Notes under the pieces: generated by a model
Told to the model about the DNA's origin: nothing
The model's database searches: none
Seen by the model: the letters and a program-made list of their open reading frames with translations, nothing else
From: an uncultured bacterium
GTDB taxonomy: Bacteria > Armatimonadota > Hebobacteria > CAIYQO01
Reading direction: 5' to 3'
Length of the DNA: 64,000 nt
Assembly (NCBI GenBank): GCA_964638715.1
Contig: CAZWZF010000005.1
Coordinates: forward strand, 37,824 to 101,823
Shown: positions 49,846 to 60,323 of the stretch, piece after piece
How positions within the stretch are numbered: the first letter of the stretch is position 1
Layout of the letters: every line of letters begins with the position of its first letter
Translations under genes and position numbers: made by a program

Positions 49846-51363
49846 ATGAAACCTAAGTATGTGGCTATTTTTCATGCTAATTTAAATTATGCATTTTTAA
49901 CGCCGGATAAATATGAACGCACTATTCGCGCTTCTTATGAAGTTATTTTTGATTCTTTTGCCAAGTATCCTGACCAGCGATACGTTTTTGAGGCGTCTGG
50001 ATATACAATTGATAAGATGGCGGAGTTAACGCCGGATGTGCTGACAAAACTGAATAAGGCTATTAAGGCCGGACAATGCGAATTTATGGGTGCTCCGTAT
50101 TCTCACCCGATTATGGCTAATATTCCTGAAGAAGATGGCTACTGGTCATGCGAATTTGCTATGCGTACCTATGAGAAGCATTTGGGGTTTCGTCCGGTTA
50201 GTTTCTGGAACCCGGAATGCACTTGGACCCAGCATGTTCCACGGGCATTCGCGAAGGCTGGCGTGAAATATCTGACGCTGGATTTTGAATCATACATGAA
50301 CTCTACAGATAAAGATTACGCATGGGTGGAGCATAACCGCACTCGCGATATTTATTGGGGCGGGCATCTGCCGTGGTATCCGCTGGACCCGAATTGCAAG
50401 GCACTGCATCACCCGTTCCGCAATGTGGTGCCCGGTATGGATGGCATGTGCCGCAGTGACAGGCTGGTAGGCAAGTATATAGGCTATTTCCTCGGTAAGA
50501 CTTCTTTGGATGATTATTTGGATAACGTTAAAAAGTGGACTGGTCATGGCAAGAAGGGCGCGACGATTATTATCGCTGATGATGCCGAATATTGCGGTAC
50601 CACCGGTTATTATTATGTGAAATATTATCGCGATTACGAGAAATGTTTCCTGGTTGACCCGGATGCCGGTAATAAATTGGATAAGCTGATTGAAGGAATT
50701 AAGAAGTTTGGGCAATTGGTAACTTTTGAAGAGGCTTGCAAGGAAGAAGCCGTGGAAGAACCGTTCTTTGTTGAGGACGGTTACGCCTGGCACCGCACTT
50801 ATGCGGAAGTATGGGGCGGTACACCGGAAGCGCAGGCTTGGGAACCAATTCTGGCTGGCCTTCGCAAAGAATACAAGGCTAAAGTGCAGCCATTCGCAGA
50901 AAGCAACAAATACCCTGAATTGAAAAAACTGGCGGAAAGATTCTGGTACCATCTTACAAACAGCGCGAACAGCGATGGCAGATGGCCGGCACCACCGGCA
51001 AAAACTTGTCCGTTTAACCGGAATTGGGTTCTTGATGAAATAAAGGCCACCAAGACGATTCTGGCTGAAATGAAGAAGATTGTGAAAGGCTTGCCGAAAA
51101 TAAAGACACCGAAATATAAAGAAGACCCCAATGCGGAATCAAGCTACAACCTGCATTTTACCGATAAGCAAATGCAGACTCCAACAGATATTAAAAACCT
51201 GAATAATTATGAAATTACCCATGCGATTTATTACTATAACGCCATGGTTGATAGCGGAGTGGAAGAAAAGATCGCCAAGGGTAAAATCATGCTCACTGAA
51301 ATATTTGATGAACTTGACCGTCGCGGCATGAAGGGAATTCGACACTGGGCGGCGGTTAAGTGA
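49846..51363 (+). CDS. glycoside hydrolase family 57-like enzyme
   Basis: The N-terminal FHANLNYA, GQCEFMGAPYSHPIMANI, WNPECTW and IADDAEYCG resemble GH57 conserved regions. Confidence 0.6.
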   Translation: MKPKYVAIFHANLNYAFLTPDKYERTIRASYEVIFDSFAKYPDQRYVFEASGYTIDKMAELTPDVLTKLNKAIKAGQCEFMGAPYSHPIMANIPEEDGYWSCEFAMRTYEKHLGFRPVSFWNPECTWTQHVPRAFAKAGVKYLTLDFESYMNSTDKDYAWVEHNRTRDIYWGGHLPWYPLDPNCKALHHPFRNVVPGMDGMCRSDRLVGKYIGYFLGKTSLDDYLDNVKKWTGHGKKGATIIIADDAEYCGTTGYYYVKYYRDYEKCFLVDPDAGNKLDKLIEGIKKFGQLVTFEEACKEEAVEEPFFVEDGYAWHRTYAEVWGGTPEAQAWEPILAGLRKEYKAKVQPFAESNKYPELKKLAERFWYHLTNSANSDGRWPAPPAKTCPFNRNWVLDEIKATKTILAEMKKIVKGLPKIKTPKYKEDPNAESSYNLHFTDKQMQTPTDIKNLNNYEITHAIYYYNAMVDSGVEEKIAKGKIMLTEIFDELDRRGMKGIRHWAAVK

Positions 51364-51406
51364 ATTGAGAATTGAGAATTTTCGCAAATGGCAAATGGCA
51401 AATTAT
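51363..51406. repeat. heptanucleotide tandem array (AATTGAG x2, AATTTTC, AAATGGC x2, AAATTAT) starting at the stop codon
   Basis: The 7-nt periodicity was read directly. The TGA stop at 51361-51363 runs into the array. Confidence 0.8.
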
Positions 51407-51408
51407 TG

Positions 51409-51444
51409 AAAAGCCGTGAATATCTTGCGATATTCACGGCTTTT
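51409..51444. terminator. bidirectional rho-independent terminator between convergent genes
   Basis: AAAAGCCGTGAATATC-ttgc-GATATTCACGGCTTTT. The A-tract and T-tract flank a 12-bp GC-containing stem. Confidence 0.8.
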
Positions 51445-51466
51445 ATGTATAAACTATATTGAAATA

Positions 51467-52246
51467 TTACTTAGTTCCAAATCCCAGGTTGTCTATCCAG
51501 ATATCTTTGCTGTGATTGCTCTGGCATATAAGGCGTAATGTTTTAGGCATAGCCCAGTTGCCTGTAAGAGTGTTTACGGTATAAGTTTTATCGCCATACT
51601 TCAGGTTAGCCTTGCCGCTAGCGATAGTGAGTTTAACTGGTTTCCAGAAGTTTGCATAAGCGGCACAGTCGGCTGCTGCAACTGGATCTACAGATGTTGC
51701 GGCACCCAGCCATGGTCCATTGAAATCCAGCCATTCGCCACCTCCACTATTATAACTATAGCGATTAAATTTTATAATATCTGCATTGTTTGTATCAACC
51801 ACGGTAATAATAGCATTGCCGATACCACCGGTTGGTATGCGCAAGTCGCATGATAGAGTCCATGAGTTTACCGGTACCAAACGAGCACCAAGGTCGCGGT
51901 AAGCCCAACCATTGATGCTATCACCGCTGAATGCCAGGTGCAAACAAGGTGGTGGCTGACCGCCGGAGATGTCCATACTTATGCGAAATGTATCAGCGGC
52001 AGGGGTAATTGACTTTGTCCAACCATTTGGAAATGGAAGAAGATCTTTGTCGACATCAGGGTCCAATAAAATAGTATCTGATCTGATTTCTGAATGTCCA
52101 TCAATAAACCCAATGATTGCAGATGCATTAGAGTGTCGCAAATCAACATCGTTGTATGTGCTTAAGATACCATTCACCCCTTTACTATCTGCTGTCGCAA
52201 GGCATTTTGATGGATTCGCTAAATCTCCGAGTGAACGTTCGCTCAT
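51467..52246 (-). CDS. leaderless, N-terminally truncated paralogue of the adjacent H-X9-DG protein (possible pseudogene)
   Basis: It aligns with 52393-53601 from about residue 100 onward (SLGDLANP..., RHSNASAIIGFIDGHSE). There is no prepilin leader in frame upstream. Confidence 0.6.
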   Translation of the reverse strand: MSERSLGDLANPSKCLATADSKGVNGILSTYNDVDLRHSNASAIIGFIDGHSEIRSDTILLDPDVDKDLLPFPNGWTKSITPAADTFRISMDISGGQPPPCLHLAFSGDSINGWAYRDLGARLVPVNSWTLSCDLRIPTGGIGNAIITVVDTNNADIIKFNRYSYNSGGGEWLDFNGPWLGAATSVDPVAAADCAAYANFWKPVKLTIASGKANLKYGDKTYTVNTLTGNWAMPKTLRLICQSNHSKDIWIDNLGFGTK

Positions 52247-52324
52247 GAATATAATGAGATATGAGTAATTTAATAAAACCTTAATGAAGGAATATAAAAT
52301 AATATATGACTCTCATATAAGGAA

Positions 52325-52371
52325 CTTCGACAGTTTCAATAACTGTATGCTGCTTAATGAAACTGTCGAAG
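52325..52371 (-). terminator. 14-bp perfect hairpin after the 52393-53601 gene
   Basis: CTTCGACAGTTTCA / TGAAACTGTCGAAG arms with a 19-nt loop. Confidence 0.45.
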
Positions 52372-52392
52372 AGATTTTAAATTATACGAAGT

Positions 52393-53601
52393 TTATGGCA
52401 GTGTATGGCCGCAATAGGCGCAGAATGCCCATCCGCGGGAGATAGTCTTGCCGCAATATGCGCATTTAGGATTTTGTATAACAGTGTCCATGCCAAATTT
52501 AAGGTTGTCCATGTAGATATGCTGGGTACCATAGGCGCGCATATAAATATGAAGTCGTTTTGGTGAAGCCCATGAACAGGTGGTATCCGCTAATGGCAGC
52601 ACCATTACCCTACCGGCATATTCACAGAGAACTTTTCCTGCATAAACAGTAAATTTGAATGGCTGCCAACTATTGGCGGTGGTATACATTGATACGACAT
52701 CGGTACCGTCGATGGTAAACCATGGCGGGGTGGGATTAGTATAGCCTGCACCGCGATTGAAGCTGATGATATTTTTTGTACCATCATCGACATAAAATGC
52801 GAAGTTGGCCTCGCTGCCGACACCTTGCGCTAAAGCCGGCTGGACGAATTTAATTGAACCGGATAATTGCCATTGGCGTACGCCGGTGTTGTTGCTCAGG
52901 TCCCGATAGGTATCTCCCTGACCATAGGTGGCTGAATAAAAGTCCAGGCTTGGCGATGGCTGTCCTTCGGCACCGGACATGGAAATTTTATAATCGGTAG
53001 CATCAACTGCTGCCGGTGTGCGGTTGCAGGTTCGTGTCCAGCCATTCAATCCATCCAGCAAGGTTTGACCGCTTACCAGTCCAGTCATTAAATCTGTTGT
53101 AGGCGTGGCAAATGCGCCGCAATTATCGGATTTTACAGTGTTGACGTGGCCATCCAGATAGGCGGCAACCATTGAACCGCTATGGCGAAAATCGACGTCA
53201 GACTGTATAGTCAGCAAGTTATTGTCGCCAACGCCGTCGGCAATGGCCAAGGTATCTGCAGGGGATGCGAAATCACCCAGCGATTGACCGGCTATATAAC
53301 TATTGTAACCATAACCATTGGGGGTTGATTTCCCTTTTGTCGGGCAAACCAACACACCGGAATCAAGGCTGGTTCCGGTCCATACTGATGTAGTGGAAGG
53401 CAAGGTTTCATCGTGATCCTGCACATACATCTGCATCGTTGCCGCAATCTGTCGTTGATTGCTGGTACAGGTAGTCTGTCGTGCTTTTTCTCTCGCGCGG
53501 GCAAATACAGGGAACAAAATGGCGGCGAGGATTGCTATAATGGCAATTACTACCAACAGTTCGATAAGGGTAAACCCTTTACGTGATTTATTGGTTTGCA
53601 T
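52393..53601 (-). CDS. prepilin-type H-X9-DG protein with beta-sandwich (ConA-like?) module and a C-terminal CxxC...CxxC zinc-ribbon tail
   Basis: [48 protein letters not shown]9-DG motif [12 protein letters not shown]. Terminal [35 protein letters not shown]. Confidence 0.85.
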   Translation of the reverse strand: MQTNKSRKGFTLIELLVVIAIIAILAAILFPVFARAREKARQTTCTSNQRQIAATMQMYVQDHDETLPSTTSVWTGTSLDSGVLVCPTKGKSTPNGYGYNSYIAGQSLGDFASPADTLAIADGVGDNNLLTIQSDVDFRHSGSMVAAYLDGHVNTVKSDNCGAFATPTTDLMTGLVSGQTLLDGLNGWTRTCNRTPAAVDATDYKISMSGAEGQPSPSLDFYSATYGQGDTYRDLSNNTGVRQWQLSGSIKFVQPALAQGVGSEANFAFYVDDGTKNIISFNRGAGYTNPTPPWFTIDGTDVVSMYTTANSWQPFKFTVYAGKVLCEYAGRVMVLPLADTTCSWASPKRLHIYMRAYGTQHIYMDNLKFGMDTVIQNPKCAYCGKTISRGWAFCAYCGHTLP

Positions 53602-53654
53602 ATTAACCTCCTTTAATTTTTCGAGATGCTAAATGCTATATCGATTTAACTAAA

Positions 53655-53683
53655 ATTATATTTTTTTAAGGAGAATTTGTCAA
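53655..53683 (-). promoter_or_regulatory. perfect consensus sigma70 promoter TTGACA-N17-TATAAT (minus strand)
   Basis: The reverse complement of 53678-53683 is TTGACA and of 53655-53660 is TATAAT, with a 17-nt spacer. Confidence 0.6.
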
Positions 53684-53709
53684 TGAGATAATTGGGAAAT
53701 TTATGAAAT

Positions 53710-53751
53710 AATTGACAATTGTCAATTGACAATTGTCAATTGTCCATTGCC
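53710..53751. repeat. heptanucleotide array alternating AATTGAC/AATTGTC (palindromic TTGACAATTGTCAA units)
   Basis: Six 7-nt units read directly. TTGACA occurs twice on each strand. Confidence 0.8.
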
Positions 53752-54101
53752 AGCGGCAAGTTCATCGGCGAAGGCTTGCAGCGCAAACTTCATGTGCCTT
53801 TATTGCATCGTTGCAATTAGCACTGCTAACAATAGCAAATACTGGCAAAGTGGAACTATTGTACTAAAAAAAAGTAGATTTCCCTAATCATAGCTGCCTC
53901 TTTTTATTTCAAAAGTAAATAAAAAACTTCGAAACTTCTACAACTTTTCTCAAAATCCATTGTCATAATATCCATTGGGTACGTACCCTAAAATAGTCAA
54001 TCTGTTGATTAACTGCGCCTACAGTCCTTAATCTGTCGATGTCGCGTTCCCGAAAAGCTGAAACAAGGCACATGAATCATATATTCTAAGGAGACACCTC
54101 G

Positions 54102-56945
54102 ATGATCATACGACCACGTAATATTTATACGCTTTTCACACTAACAACCATGTTTATGGTGATATTAATACTGTGTATACCGGCTCATGCCAACTTTTTT
54201 GACCGCCCACAGCACTTTGAAGTGCTTAAATTAGACAAAGACGGAACGAAGGGTTGGAATACGACGCTGACGAAAACTGCGCAGACCGGTGCCATATTTT
54301 ATCAAGGTCAGCCGATGGATGTAGAGATTACCTTCGCTAATACCGGCAAAGCAGACCTGACAGGTGCCTTCGCGCTGGAAGTTCAGCAGATCGGTCTGGA
54401 CGTAATACCCGGCGGCACCGGACAAGCGTCGTTGACTGCCTATATTCGCCTGCTGGGCGCACCCGAGAAGGTAACGTTGCCAATAGCCGCGCTGAAACCT
54501 GGCGCTACTACATTACCGCTCACGCTGACGGCGTCACGCAACGGCGTCTACGCTCTGATAGTGGACAGCGGACCATTGGGACGGCAGATTGCCGGCACCG
54601 TCATGCGCAGCTTCGCCCACCCCGACACACCCGTGAGAAACTCTCCGGTGCTGATGTGCGTGCAGGATTGGCGGGCTATCCCGGCGTTTTCCCGCATGGG
54701 TATTCGTTGGCTGCGCACTGACTCGAACCCGAACTGGTACCAGGCACAGGACAAACTGAATAAGCCTTTTGATTGGAGCCGGTGCGATGCTGACATGAAA
54801 ATCGCCGAAGACTACCACATGGCAATCGTTTCTAATTTCTACGGGTCTCCGTTGGAAACCATCCCGCCGGAATGCGAAAAAGCCTATAACCGCATTCACG
54901 CTCCACAATATGACGAACAATTCGGCAAGTGGGTATATGAGTGCATCAAACGCTATAACCGCAACGGTGAAGGCCCATTGCAGATTATCGACTGGCAAAA
55001 TGAACCTTGGGAAGGCGGCGGCATCAGCGGATGGAAATCCGACGCCAAACGCTATCAAGATACCTATAAGATCATCTACGAGCAGGCAAAGAAAGCGTCG
55101 CCCAACGACCCGGTCACTGGAAAGCCGCACATCATGATTGGCGGCGCGTCGAGCATTATGAACACTATGGACAAATTCTTCGGCAACGGTACCGACCCAT
55201 GGCTGCAATACTTCGACATCCTGACCGACCATTATGTCCTGCCCTCCTGCTGTTTCGGTCCGCAATGGGGCAAGTCGCACGGCAATCTGCCCAGCATCGA
55301 ATCCGAGACCTGGCTGGGTCACTCGGAGAACGCCGAAGCCACCGTCATCGCCCAGTTCATGGCGGCCGGGCAGTGGAAGGTGACACCAAACCACAACGAA
55401 TATATGACATGGAATCATGGCATGCCCTGGCAACCGACCCCTGTAGCCAGCGGACTTTCTGCCGCACTTCATTTCATCGGTGAAAGATCATTCGAGCGTG
55501 TAGTCTTCACTGATAGATTACCGTGGGTCTTTCAATTCGGTAAAGGCAAGGACGCTACCTTCATGCTCACCGGCAACGGAAAGGGTACGGAAACGGATTT
55601 TGATCCGATGTATAAGCAGATTACCGTCGACGGTTTCTTTGTCATCCCGAATAAGGACAAGAAGCTGCTGGCATTCGATGTCTTTGGCAACCCTATTGCC
55701 ACGGTAAAAGGTAAACTGACGCTGCCGTTAAACAAAGAAGTGGTCTGGCTGCAAATTCCCGGCAAGGATGCTGCTGAAGTCGAGAAGCGTCTGGCCAAAG
55801 GCATTATGACCGGTGTAACACCTGTGGAACTGTTGCTCAATGACTTCATCGCACCGTTGCAGGCAGGTATGCCCTTGCCAATAACCATTCATAACGTATT
55901 AACCATGCCGGTGAAAGGCGTTGTAACGATTAAGACAGCAGATGGTCTGACGCTTGCCAAGGATAGTTATCCGGTGTCGCTTAAGCCGGGCGAACGAATC
56001 ATTATCCCCGCGCTCCTTGGAAGCTGTACCCCTAATGAAGGCAACGGCTACCGTGTCGCGGTAAGTTTTGATAGTCTGCAGGGCAAGGCGGCATGCAACG
56101 AAGTCGTGCATGTGGCATACGCTACTCGCGGCACGCCGACTATCGACGGCAAGTTGGACGATTGGCAAGACACTCTGCCCATCATCGTGGCTGGCGCGGC
56201 GCAAAAGCTGGATACTACTTTTGCCACCTGGTATATCCATAAACTTGATGAGCTGAAAACGGTAGATGGTGCCGGCGCGGTAGCTGAAGTCCGTACCAAA
56301 TGGGACGACCAGAATTTCTACATCGCCGCCCGTGTGCGCACCCCAAAGTTTGAACCAATTATGCGACAATCCACGCGTAAGGATGATGATTTCTTCGGCA
56401 CCGGAGTGCTGTCATATACATGGATTGGAAATCCATGGGATGGTAAGGTGATGCCTGCACTTGGCGACAGCCTGCAACTCGGTTTCGGCTTTGGTGTTGG
56501 CGACCCAACACTGACGCCGGTCCACCCGGTGCCGGCCGGCTTTGTCGCTACACCTGATACAGATTATGAGTATGCACTTTACGCCACAACGGACGGCGGC
56601 GCGGAATGTTGGCGGCAATATGTGCCTGGTATGCCGCGCATCCATGACCTGCCGCGATGCACAAAACCTATCGACCCGGCAATAGCCCCATTGGAACCCA
56701 AAGGCAGCAAAACAGTGGTGAAACGCGATGGCGACTTCACTATCTACGAATCAGCGATCCCTTGGTCAGAGTTAGCTAAGTTCACCCCAAAACCAGGTGC
56801 GCAATTCAACCTTGCCTTCCAATTCTATGCCCAGGGCATAAAACGGGGCGTCGGACGCAGTGCTACTAAAGACAACGGCCTTACCTTCCATCCATATTTT
56901 ATGAAAGTACCCTCCAATACATTGCGATGGGGGTTGGGAGAATAA
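54102..56945 (+). CDS. secreted clan GH-A-like glycoside hydrolase with C-terminal CBM9-like module
   Basis: Signal/anchor N-terminus. IIDWQNEPWEGGG (NEP acid/base-type motif). C-terminal TIDGKLDDWQD...WDDQNFYIAARV. RBS AAGGAG. Confidence 0.6.
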   Translation: MIIRPRNIYTLFTLTTMFMVILILCIPAHANFFDRPQHFEVLKLDKDGTKGWNTTLTKTAQTGAIFYQGQPMDVEITFANTGKADLTGAFALEVQQIGLDVIPGGTGQASLTAYIRLLGAPEKVTLPIAALKPGATTLPLTLTASRNGVYALIVDSGPLGRQIAGTVMRSFAHPDTPVRNSPVLMCVQDWRAIPAFSRMGIRWLRTDSNPNWYQAQDKLNKPFDWSRCDADMKIAEDYHMAIVSNFYGSPLETIPPECEKAYNRIHAPQYDEQFGKWVYECIKRYNRNGEGPLQIIDWQNEPWEGGGISGWKSDAKRYQDTYKIIYEQAKKASPNDPVTGKPHIMIGGASSIMNTMDKFFGNGTDPWLQYFDILTDHYVLPSCCFGPQWGKSHGNLPSIESETWLGHSENAEATVIAQFMAAGQWKVTPNHNEYMTWNHGMPWQPTPVASGLSAALHFIGERSFERVVFTDRLPWVFQFGKGKDATFMLTGNGKGTETDFDPMYKQITVDGFFVIPNKDKKLLAFDVFGNPIATVKGKLTLPLNKEVVWLQIPGKDAAEVEKRLAKGIMTGVTPVELLLNDFIAPLQAGMPLPITIHNVLTMPVKGVVTIKTADGLTLAKDSYPVSLKPGERIIIPALLGSCTPNEGNGYRVAVSFDSLQGKAACNEVVHVAYATRGTPTIDGKLDDWQDTLPIIVAGAAQKLDTTFATWYIHKLDELKTVDGAGAVAEVRTKWDDQNFYIAARVRTPKFEPIMRQSTRKDDDFFGTGVLSYTWIGNPWDGKVMPALGDSLQLGFGFGVGDPTLTPVHPVPAGFVATPDTDYEYALYATTDGGAECWRQYVPGMPRIHDLPRCTKPIDPAIAPLEPKGSKTVVKRDGDFTIYESAIPWSELAKFTPKPGAQFNLAFQFYAQGIKRGVGRSATKDNGLTFHPYFMKVPSNTLRWGLGE

Positions 56946-57020
56946 AATGTTTAGAAAAAGAAAGGTGACGATGCGCTACCTCTTCTTGATGGTATTTTTG
57001 ACGTTGACAGTACTGCCGCT

Positions 57021-57119
57021 ATGGGAACACACCCTGCGGTCGTCATCGTAAAGGGTACTGATGTCGATGCTATGGTGGCAGAAGCTCTTCAGCAAGTCGA
57101 TGGATGGAAAAAACGGTAA
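57021..57119 (+). pseudogene. possible 32-codon stub resembling the N-terminus of a DUF362-type protein
   Basis: MGTHPAVVIVKGTDVDAMVAEALQQVDGWKKR* matches the V-I-V-K...al..lgG pattern. This is weak evidence. Confidence 0.25.
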
Positions 57120-57166
57120 TTCGGGGATAGACTCAATACCGTTCAAAAGTCATTAAAATGGTATAA

Positions 57167-57193
57167 TTATATCCGACCCCATCCGAGGTCGAA
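57167..57193 (-). repeat. REP-like hairpin unit, solo copy
   Basis: The reverse complement TTCGACCTCGGATGGGGTCGGATATAATT matches 44831-44859 at 24 of 29 positions by hand alignment. Confidence 0.65.
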
Positions 57194-57354
57194 GCTGCAT
57201 TGCTAATATGTGTATGAGGGTGAGAGCGTTGCTGGCTGGTAATGGAAATGTTTTTGTTATTTAAAATGTAATATTGTTTCATCAAGCTGCTATAGGTTTA
57301 CATCCCACCAAATAATGGAATAACTCATACAGTTTATTAATAGGGAGAGTTGAT

Positions 57355-58728
57355 ATGTTTATTCGTCCTGTTGGCGCTACCGGCGAGGTTACCGGTTCTT
57401 CGTTTTTGATGGAGACTGGTCATCGCAGGTATTTGATTGACTGCGGTTTGTTCCAGGGCCATCATGATGATGATGGCAGGAATTTAAAGTTTGACTTTGA
57501 ACCTGGCGATATTGACGCTGTTTTTCTTACCCATGCCCATCTTGACCATTGCGGTCGCTTGCCTTACCTTCACGTACAGGGATTTCGCGGCCCGGTTTAT
57601 TCGACTTCATCGACTTGCGATCTTGCCAATTTTATATTGCTGGACAGTGCCAAGGTACAAGGCGAAGATTTTCGGCGTCGTCATCGGCGCGGCCAGCGCA
57701 GTGGGCAATTTGTAGAACAGCCATTGTATGATGAGCAGGATGTTTTGCATTTGATGCGATATTTTCAGTTGCAGCCTTATAATAAGGTTCTCGACCTTGG
57801 TTATGGCCTGGAAGCGGTATATCACCAGTCCGGGCATATATTGGGTTCCGCCAGCATCGAGTTTCGGCGCGGCGGGAAATCGGTGTTGTTCAGTGGCGAC
57901 GTTGGCACCCCGGGCAGGAATGTAGTGCCCGACCCGACCCCGCCGCCGCCGGTAGACCTGGTATTTTGCGAATCAACCTATGGCGACAGAACCCACCGCA
58001 GCGAGGCAGAATCAGTTGCAGAACTGAAAGAATCGATAAACTGGGCGATTGGGAAGGGGGGTAACGTGATTATCCCGGCCTTTGCCATGGAACGCACCCA
58101 GGACATTTTGTTTCACCTGCGGACACTGCGCAAAAATGGCGAAATACCTTTGACCCCGGTATATTTGGATAGTCCGCTGGCCATCAATATAACCAAAGTT
58201 TATCAGCATCATTCGCAGGACCTTGACGATGCCACCCGGGCAGTTTTTGCACAGCATAAAGACCCGTTTAAATTTGATGGGTTGATCACCACCCAATCCA
58301 CCGAGGAATCAAGGTCGATTAACGGAGTAAATGGCGCGATAATTATCGCCGGCGCCGGTATGTGCCAGGCCGGTCGGGTAGTTCATCACCTTAAATATAA
58401 TTTATGGCGCGATAACTGTGCTGTAATATTCATCGGGTTCCAGGCACAGGGAACTCTGGGACGCAAGATAGTAGACGGCGCAACAACTGTTAATATTGAC
58501 CATGAACCGATAATGGTAAAGGCGCGGATAAATACCATCAACGGATTCAGCGCCCACGCCGACCAGCCAGCACTGATGAATTGGCTGGCAACGACAAATC
58601 CCGGCAGAATAGTGCTGAACCACGGTGAACCCGCCGCCTCGCAAGTGCTGGCAGATAAACTGGCAGAATTAAAACGAACGGTAGAAGTAGCAAAACCCGG
58701 AAAAACATACCTGGTGGGCGATGAGTGA
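57355..58728 (+). CDS. MBL-fold beta-CASP ribonuclease (CPSF73/RNase J-like family)
   Basis: LTHAHLDHCGRLPYL metallo-beta-lactamase motif. Size and C-terminal pattern fit beta-CASP RNA-metabolising enzymes. Confidence 0.75.
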   Translation: MFIRPVGATGEVTGSSFLMETGHRRYLIDCGLFQGHHDDDGRNLKFDFEPGDIDAVFLTHAHLDHCGRLPYLHVQGFRGPVYSTSSTCDLANFILLDSAKVQGEDFRRRHRRGQRSGQFVEQPLYDEQDVLHLMRYFQLQPYNKVLDLGYGLEAVYHQSGHILGSASIEFRRGGKSVLFSGDVGTPGRNVVPDPTPPPPVDLVFCESTYGDRTHRSEAESVAELKESINWAIGKGGNVIIPAFAMERTQDILFHLRTLRKNGEIPLTPVYLDSPLAINITKVYQHHSQDLDDATRAVFAQHKDPFKFDGLITTQSTEESRSINGVNGAIIIAGAGMCQAGRVVHHLKYNLWRDNCAVIFIGFQAQGTLGRKIVDGATTVNIDHEPIMVKARINTINGFSAHADQPALMNWLATTNPGRIVLNHGEPAASQVLADKLAELKRTVEVAKPGKTYLVGDE

Positions 58729-58729
58729 G

Positions 58730-58785
58730 AATTGACAATTGACAATTGACAATGGACAATGGACAATGGACAATGGACAATTAAT
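58730..58785. repeat. heptanucleotide array: AATTGAC x3, AATGGAC x4, AATTAAT, beginning 2 nt after the stop codon
   Basis: Read directly. Three plus-strand TTGACA hexamers at 58732, 58739 and 58746, then four AUGGA motifs. Confidence 0.85.
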
Positions 58786-58863
58786 GATTATGAGGATTGT
58801 CTCATTGGTGTCAATAGGCTTTTTATATTATCCACCCGTTTATTGATATAAAATAGAGTAAAT

Positions 58864-58898
58864 AATTGTCAATTGTCAATCGTCAATTGTCAATTTCT
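58864..58898. repeat. heptanucleotide array AATTGTC x2, AATCGTC, AATTGTC, AATTTCT (reverse complement of the 58730 array unit)
   Basis: Read directly. It abuts the candidate -35 at 58899. Confidence 0.85.
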
Positions 58899-58928
58899 TT
58901 GACGATATAACCCTGAATTCGGTATTAT
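58899..58928 (+). promoter_or_regulatory. candidate promoter TTGACG-N18-TATTAT
   Basis: Hexamers read directly, about 45 nt upstream of the 58974 start. Confidence 0.45.
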
Positions 58929-58973
58929 TTACTTGCCCGTGTAAAATAACTCTGCGGGCGGGAGAAATATATT

Positions 58974-60284
58974 ATGGGTATGAATATAACTGAGAAGATT
59001 CTGGCTTCGCATGCCGGTTTAGATGAAGTACAACCCGGGCAGTTTGTCCGCTGCAAATTAGACTTTGTACTGGGCAATGACATTACTGCTCCAATTGCTA
59101 TAAATGAATTTGAAAAGATGGGTGCTTGCTGCGTTTATGACAAAGCGCGCGTTGGCTTGATCCCCGATCATTCTGCGCCTAACAAAGATATTAAATCAGC
59201 GCAATTAACCCGCCAGATGCGCAACTTCGCAAAGACCCACGATATCGAAAACCATTTTGAAGTTGGCCGCATGGGTGTTGAACACGCGTTATTGCCCGAG
59301 CAGGGACTGGTAGTGCCCGGTGATTGTATCATCGGCGCAGACAGCCACACCTGTACTTATGGCGCGTTAGGCGCATTCTCTACCGGTGTTGGTTCAACCG
59401 ACCTGGCAGCCGCGATGGCATTGGGCGAGACATGGTTTAGAGTGCCGGAAACAATGCGTTTTATCTTTAACGGCAAACGCCAGAGTTGGGTAGCCGGCAA
59501 AGACCTGATTTTATATACTATCGGCAAAATCGGTGTAGACGGCGCACGTTACCGCGCTATGGAGTTCTGCGGCGATACCATTAAATCATTGCCAATTGAT
59601 GACCGTTTCTCAATGTGTAATATGGCTATCGAAGCCGGCGGCAAGAACGGCATTATCGCACCTGACGAAATCACCCGTGCGTATGTAGAAGGCAGGGCAA
59701 AACGTCCGTATAAATTCTATGCCAGCGACGCGGATGCGAAATATGTTGAAACATTTGAATGGGATTGCGCCAACATTGAACCGCAAATCGCCTTCCCGTT
59801 CCTGCCCAGCAATACCAAGACTATCAGCGAAGCTATCGCATTGAATGTTACCATTGACCAGTCTATCATCGGTTCCTGCACTAATGGTCATATCGATGAC
59901 TTGCGCATTGCTGCCGCGATTTTGAAAGGCAGAAAGGTTCATCCTGATGTGCGCCTTATTGTACTGCCCACCACTCAGATTATCTGGAAGCAGGCAATGG
60001 ACGAAGGTTTGTTCGAGATATTTATCGACTGTAACGCTGCTGTCAGCACACCGACCTGCGGGCCATGCCTTGGCGGTCACATGGGCGTACTGGCAGATGG
60101 CGAACGCGCGGTAGCTACTACCAACCGCAACTTCGTCGGCCGCATGGGTCATTCGAAGAGTGAAGTCTATCTGAGCAACCCGGCAATCGCCGCCGCATCC
60201 GCTGTATTGGGAAGATTAGCAAGTCCAGAAGAATTAGGCATGAAACCGTCAGACATCGACGAGTTTGTTGCGAAGATAAAATAA
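58974..60284 (+). CDS. leuC: aconitase-family dehydratase large subunit (3-isopropylmalate/homoaconitate dehydratase type)
   Basis: [36 protein letters not shown] and NRNFVGRMG motifs. About 436 aa, the short LeuC/HacA type. Confidence 0.75.
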   Translation: MGMNITEKILASHAGLDEVQPGQFVRCKLDFVLGNDITAPIAINEFEKMGACCVYDKARVGLIPDHSAPNKDIKSAQLTRQMRNFAKTHDIENHFEVGRMGVEHALLPEQGLVVPGDCIIGADSHTCTYGALGAFSTGVGSTDLAAAMALGETWFRVPETMRFIFNGKRQSWVAGKDLILYTIGKIGVDGARYRAMEFCGDTIKSLPIDDRFSMCNMAIEAGGKNGIIAPDEITRAYVEGRAKRPYKFYASDADAKYVETFEWDCANIEPQIAFPFLPSNTKTISEAIALNVTIDQSIIGSCTNGHIDDLRIAAAILKGRKVHPDVRLIVLPTTQIIWKQAMDEGLFEIFIDCNAAVSTPTCGPCLGGHMGVLADGERAVATTNRNFVGRMGHSKSEVYLSNPAIAAASAVLGRLASPEELGMKPSDIDEFVAKIK

Positions 60285-60323
60285 TAATTAACATGGATGG
60301 GCAGGATAGGCAGGATGAATATA

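Noticed and set aside
50290-50952. A 220-aa minus-strand ORF inside the GH57-like gene.
   Set aside because: It is antisense to a gene with recognisable GH57-type regions and has no independent support.
54534-55472. A 312-aa minus-strand ORF.
   Set aside because: It is antisense to the clan GH-A-like gene 54102-56945, and no motifs were recognised.
58386-58780. Minus-strand ORFs beginning MSIVHCQLSIVN / MSIVHCPLSIVNCQLSI.
   Set aside because: Their N-termini are just translations of the heptanucleotide array, and the rest is antisense to the beta-CASP RNase gene.
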